DNA from: Sarea resinae
Taxonomy: Eukaryota
DNA: 64,000 bases
Reading direction: 5' to 3'
NCBI GenBank assembly: GCA_026026165.1
Contig: JAPEUD010000013.1
Location: forward strand, 62,001-126,000
The translations under genes and the position numbers were made by a program. Position 1 is the stretch's first letter; each line of letters begins with the position of its first letter. Below are positions 59,013 to 64,000 of this stretch, piece after piece. The notes under the pieces were generated by a model that saw nothing but the letters and a program-made list of their open reading frames with translations, searched no databases and was not told the DNA's origin.

Positions 59013-60191
59013 AAACATTTTAATTACGAGGACGATGGCTTGATCGATCAAATGGTCTCCACCGTTTCACTTTACATATACAGCTTTAATACACTTCCTA
59101 ATATTCGCCGAGACTCGGGTGGCGACGGAGTATTGACGGATGCCGAAGCCCGTTGGGGTGCTAAGGTGGTTTGCCTACCTGTTGTCACATTCTACGAGAG
59201 GTGCATAGAGCATGGCAGTCCCGTGGCTGTCGCTCTTCTTTCACTCATTCCACTGAGCGAGCGAGCGAGATTGCTGCGATCGGATTCATCATATTGGGGA
59301 CCCGCCGCCGCGAAGCGAGCAGGTGGTGTTATCACGGCGTTTCTTTTTACACGGCGTTGGAGTGTGCCTCTGGCCTCATGGATGGCTGGGTGAGGACTGT
59401 AGGATAGGAATGGGCGGATACGATAGACACATCTCTACTCTTGCCTTGGATCTGGAATCGCATGGCGGATGGCAAGTCATTAGCTGAGCATAGCGATTGC
59501 TGGAAACTTGGTAGAAATCTAATACCACGGTGAATTGAAACCGACCACACTTTCGATAGTTTTCATGTGAGCTTTGCTTGATCGAGTTGAATTGATTTTG
59601 GGCTGCGTATTCGTACAGCATGGGAAGACGATGATCGTGATCTGCAAATCGGGAGAAGGTGCACCATTGTTGGTCAATTGGAAGTGTGGGCGGGGTGATC
59701 CGATCGGATCTGATCTGATTAGGATGATCTGATGATCTCAATGTAGACGTTTAGATCCGTCCGTCTACCCCTCTGACATGAGAAAGCGTAGTGATATGGT
59801 GATGATGATGATGCCTCGAAAGGCGTGGAATATTCTAGTATATCTTACTTTCTCTAATAGAAGGCAAGATCATATGTGAACAGAAAATGCGGGCATAGGA
59901 GCAACAAACATGGGATGCACAGGGCAATAGCGGTGGTGGTGGTGGTGGGGTGGAGAATCTCCCGCTACTGTCCTGCGTCACCACTACCCTGGAGGTGGGC
60001 TGTCTTTACTGCAGAGATGCCGCAGCGCCGAAATCCACTCACTTCTCCTCCTCATCATCGTCACCTCTTGGACTCATCCTTCCTTGCATGTCCCAGCTTT
60101 CCATAACGATAGACCTTGGAGCCATCTGTACGGAAGAGCACCAGGCTTGAGGACAATTTAGGATTCCCTCGAGGCGCCTTCGATTCAACTT

Positions 60192-61293
60192 ATGCGCCGC
60201 GCCGTATCCGCGTCCTTGACATTGATATCACGCCGTTCGGTGCCTGCTACGTCGACGACAACCCTCAAGAAGACACGTCCTTCTGGAATCAGCCTCACGA
60301 CCAGCAGCAGCAGCAGCAGGACGTTCGTCTCGACGAAGAATCAACGGAAAGCAGGAGAGTCGGAGACAGAAGCACCGGCAACGGCAACGAAAACAGCAAT
60401 GGCGTCGTCTTCGGAAACGGCAAAGGAGTCAGCGGAGATCACGCCCACGCGGACGGAATCCCCGTCTGCGCCGGTGCCGCCGGAGAAACTGCTCTGTAAG
60501 CCGTCGCATCCTCTATCACATCACGCATAAGAAAAAAACAGAAAAAAAACAAGCAAGCAAGCAAACCAACTAACCTCGAGGGGGTGGGGGAAAACCAGTC
60601 GCCTCAGCCGCCGGCAAACCCAACCAGCAAGCCGCACAATTCACGCTCTCGTCCCTAACGCCCGCCACGCTCTCCGCCTCGCCCCTAACCCAATTCCACA
60701 CCTGGTACAGCGAGAGCAGCACGCACCCCCCCACAGTCAAGACGCCGGAGACATGCACGCTCGCGACGGCCTCTCTGCCCAGCGGCCGCGTGTCCGCGCG
60801 CATCGTCTACCTCAAGCAGCTCGACACGCGCGGCTTCGTCATCTACACCAACACGGCGCACTCGCGCAAGAGCGCCGACCTGCGCACCAACGGGCTCGCC
60901 TCGCTGGTCTTCTGGTGGGCCGAGCAGGAGCGCCAGGTGCGCGTCGAGGGCGCCGTCGAGTTCCTGCCCGCGCCCGAGAGCCAGCAATACTACGACACCC
61001 GCATCCGCGCCTCGCGCATCGGCGCCTGGGCCAGCCCCCAGAGCGCCGTCATCGCCGACCGCGCCGAGCTCGAGCAGAAGGTCCGTGAGCGCGAGGCCGA
61101 GTTCGCTGGGAACGAGAAGATCCCCGTGCCGCCGCATTGGGGCGGCGTGAGGCTCGTGCCGGATATGGTCGAGTTCTGGCAGGGCCGCGAGGGCCGGCTG
61201 CATGATCGCTTTCGCTACACGAAGAAGGGTGATGGCGGGGTCGGGGCCGACGACGACGGCGAGGGCTGGAAGGTTGAGAGATTGGCGCCGTAG
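60192..61293 (+). CDS. PDX3: Pyridox(am)ine 5'-phosphate oxidase; exons 60192-60495 and 60599-61293; second in-frame ATG at 60399
   Basis: CTLATA...SARIVYLK, RQVRVEG, SRIGAWASPQS, EFWQGREGRLHDRF and ERLAP*. Intron GTAAGC...ACTAAC...CCAG. Confidence 0.93.
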
Positions 61294-61433
61294 GGTGGGA
61301 GGGGCTCGGGTGCGTGTGGTTATGAGTATGGATGTTGCTGGCGTGTGAAATCGTGAAGGAGAGGGGAGTTTATGGTTGTAAAGGAGTGGAGGGGAGAGGA
61401 GAGGAAAAGACGACTCTTGGGGAAAGAACGTAT

Positions 61434-61467
<34 letters not shown>

Positions 61468-62768
61468 CGCGTGTGCATCATGTCCCAAAAGGCGTTGAAA
61501 TCGAGAAGCTTTTCAGTTTTTTCCAGTCTGGCCATCTATCTATCTATCCATCATCCCCACTCTATTTTCTTCTGGCTGACAGCTGATACCACACTACACG
61601 ACACGACACGATACGATACGATATGATATGATGCTTGCCCCGCCCTATCCTGTCTTTAGTAGTATGACATATTATATAATACAATATAACATTGTGTAAC
61701 GGAACATGACAGGACACAACACAACACAACACCACTTTTGGCTTTCCCATCCCCATGTCTTCCCTTGGTTCCCCTTTGTTCCCCTTCTCCACTGTTCTCT
61801 TCCCTTGTGCACCATTCCCTTCCCCTCTCCACCCTGCTCTTCTCTTCCCCTCTCTACCTAGCCCAAACAGCCCTCCCTGAACGGTTGAGATAGCGTACAA
61901 CAAACAGAGACGTTACTACGGCTCTGAAGGAAAAGACAAAAACACAAAACAGAAACAGAAACAAAAACAAAAAAAGAAGACGAAACCGGGTTGGAAGAGA
62001 GCCGTGAAATAGCTTTGGGGGAAGAACGACGAGAAGGGACGAGATGAGACGGGACGGGGCGAGACGAGACGAGACGAACGGAAGGGGAGAGCAGGGGAGG
62101 GGCAAGAAATGGAACTGGATTGAATGGAATGGGTATATAAATGGACTGTGGAATGAGAAAAATCGGGCTCCAGAAATAAAAGGGGGAGGGATGGAGGAGA
62201 GAAAAGTAGGGAGAAGGAGAAGGAGAGAGAGAGAGACAGAGAAGGAGAGAGGGAGAGAGAGAGGGAGAGGGGAAGGAGAAGAAAAAGGCCATCCGATTAA
62301 TCTGCGACTCGAGTCGAAGACAGAAATGTGGATGTGGATGCGAGGCATTGCCGATATTTTGGTTGCCTTATTATTGAGTAGGTTGATGGATCGATGAAAT
62401 TGATTGGACGGAGTGAGCGATAGGGTCGGATATGAGGATATGTCTATTGAAATCAAGAAGGCTACAGCCGGGGTTTGCTTCGATTCGACCAGGGATACAG
62501 GGACCGCGGAGATCAATTTCGGCGACATCTCGAGACACAATCGCGTCCAAAGCGAAGCAAGGAGATGGATGAGGTAGAGGTCAAGTGGGTTCTGCTGGTG
62601 ACAAATAGGTCTAGTCGTCGATTTGGGGGACTCCTATAGGATAATTCTGGTCGTTCCCTTAGCAGGGTCGTGGGAGGATCATCCATCTAACGACATACCC
62701 TAGACCGTCACCATGACTCCGATTGCTCCGTTCACGGAAAACATTTCTCTGACACAAGTGTAATCTAT

Positions 62769-64000
62769 TTACGAGATCACAAAAGGCGGCTTGCCCTCGC
62801 CGAATAATAGATGTGGTTTCCTCGCCGCCAGGTCCAGGATCGTTTGCGCAAAGACCGAATTGGCCCAGGCGAACCAGCTCCCTAACGTAATCGATCAGTA
62901 AATCCGAACACTCGAGGAGGTTCCATCAGTCCTTACTCGTATATTCCCCTAGTCGATTGACGTTGATACTCTCATGCACCAGGCCCAGCTTACTCACATC
63001 CCTAACCATGTGCAACGATTCCACTATCTCCGCATCGTTCTCACTAGTCATGGCCTGCACCAACAGGCTCATTGGCCACGCATTCTGCAATCCGATGTGC
63101 GGACCACCGACTCCCTTGAACGTCTTTCCAGCGAGATAATAAGGATTCCCTTGCTGCTCCAGAATCATCTTGCGTGTATTCTTGTAAACGCTATTGGAAG
63201 AGTCGACGAAGCCGAGAAGAGGGAGAGCGAGGAGCGAAGGCAGATTGGCGTCATCCATGATGATGGCAGAACCATAGCCGTCGACTTCGTACGCGAAGAC
63301 TTCTCCGTATTTCTTATGCGTCACCACACCGTGCTCCCACACGCCCTTCTCCATGCTTTGACCCCGGTCACGCAGCGTCTTTGCCAGCGCGGCTTTCCCG
63401 GCCTTCTCGAGGATTTCGGCCGTGCGCTTCAGCTCAACGGACATCATGGCGTTGGCAGGGATGTAAAAGCCGAGGATCGTCGCGTCGTCACTGGGACGGA
63501 AGGCACTCCTTACAAGTCCGGTCCTGTCGTGCAAGGGATTCCCGACCCCGGCAAGGTTGAGCGTCTCCGTGCCAATGTCTGTCCTCCTCTTGAAGGTATA
63601 CTCGTTCCTCTGAAACTTGCCCGTTGTTGCATTAAAGGTCGGTTCGGCCTGCTTGTCGAGAACCTCCAATATCGTCCTGAGAGCTTCGTACCACCGGGAG
63701 TTCAGAAATTCCGTAGAACCGGTGCTTTTATGGAATTGGTTGGTCAAGGAAAGGAAGTGAGCGAGAGAGTCAAGCTCGTATTTGCATTCAAAGACAAACG
63801 AAGGTTCATAGGCAGGATGAACAGTGTCCTCCTGGCCGTTGCCCGTGGGTGGTAGACGGCTTGGAGGAGGCGGCTGAAAGGCATTGCAGTACGGTGATTC
63901 AATAACGAATTCCGCCTGCGTATTTATTGCCCCTAGTATCAAACTGTATATCTTCTTGTCCTTCTTCGCGAGCACTTGGTACTGAGCCAGCTGGTTCGTC
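62769..64000 (-). CDS. Glycoside hydrolase family 125 (exo-alpha-1,6-mannosidase-like), 5'-truncated; exons 64000-62937 and 62881-62769
   Basis: FECKYELDSLA, SAFRPSDDA, FAYEVDGYG, MDDANLPSLL and HES. The spliced C-terminus contains YTRSWFAWAN. Confidence 0.92.

Overview
Gene-dense, intron-containing DNA from a filamentous ascomycete (Pezizomycotina), judged from short GT-AG introns with CTRAY branch points, fungal housekeeping genes and abundant microsatellites. I can reconstruct 20 protein-coding genes. These are ESF1 (partial), a small two-exon protein, a GBF/Gea ARF-GEF, ANP1, MTR3, a Myb-like protein, a secreted large-subunit catalase, PRP22, SEC1, SUV3, a G-patch protein, a PBR1-like SDR, UMP1, ERG8, a UBL3-like CAAX protein, a large PPR protein, PDX3, a GH125 (partial) and two orphan ORFs. 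The main signal missed by the ORF track lies at about 13.7-14.8 kb on the minus strand: a non-coding, three-intron host transcript with one box C/D RNA per intron. Two of them look like snR55/U33 and snR61. The third is an unusually long (about 250 nt), highly structured C/D RNA that I cannot assign to a family, and its D-box guide pairs with the LSU rRNA peptidyl-transferase region. I saw no tRNA, rRNA, CRISPR array or intact transposon. Family assignments and rRNA targets come from recalled sequences and motifs, not database searches. Exon boundaries were read by eye.
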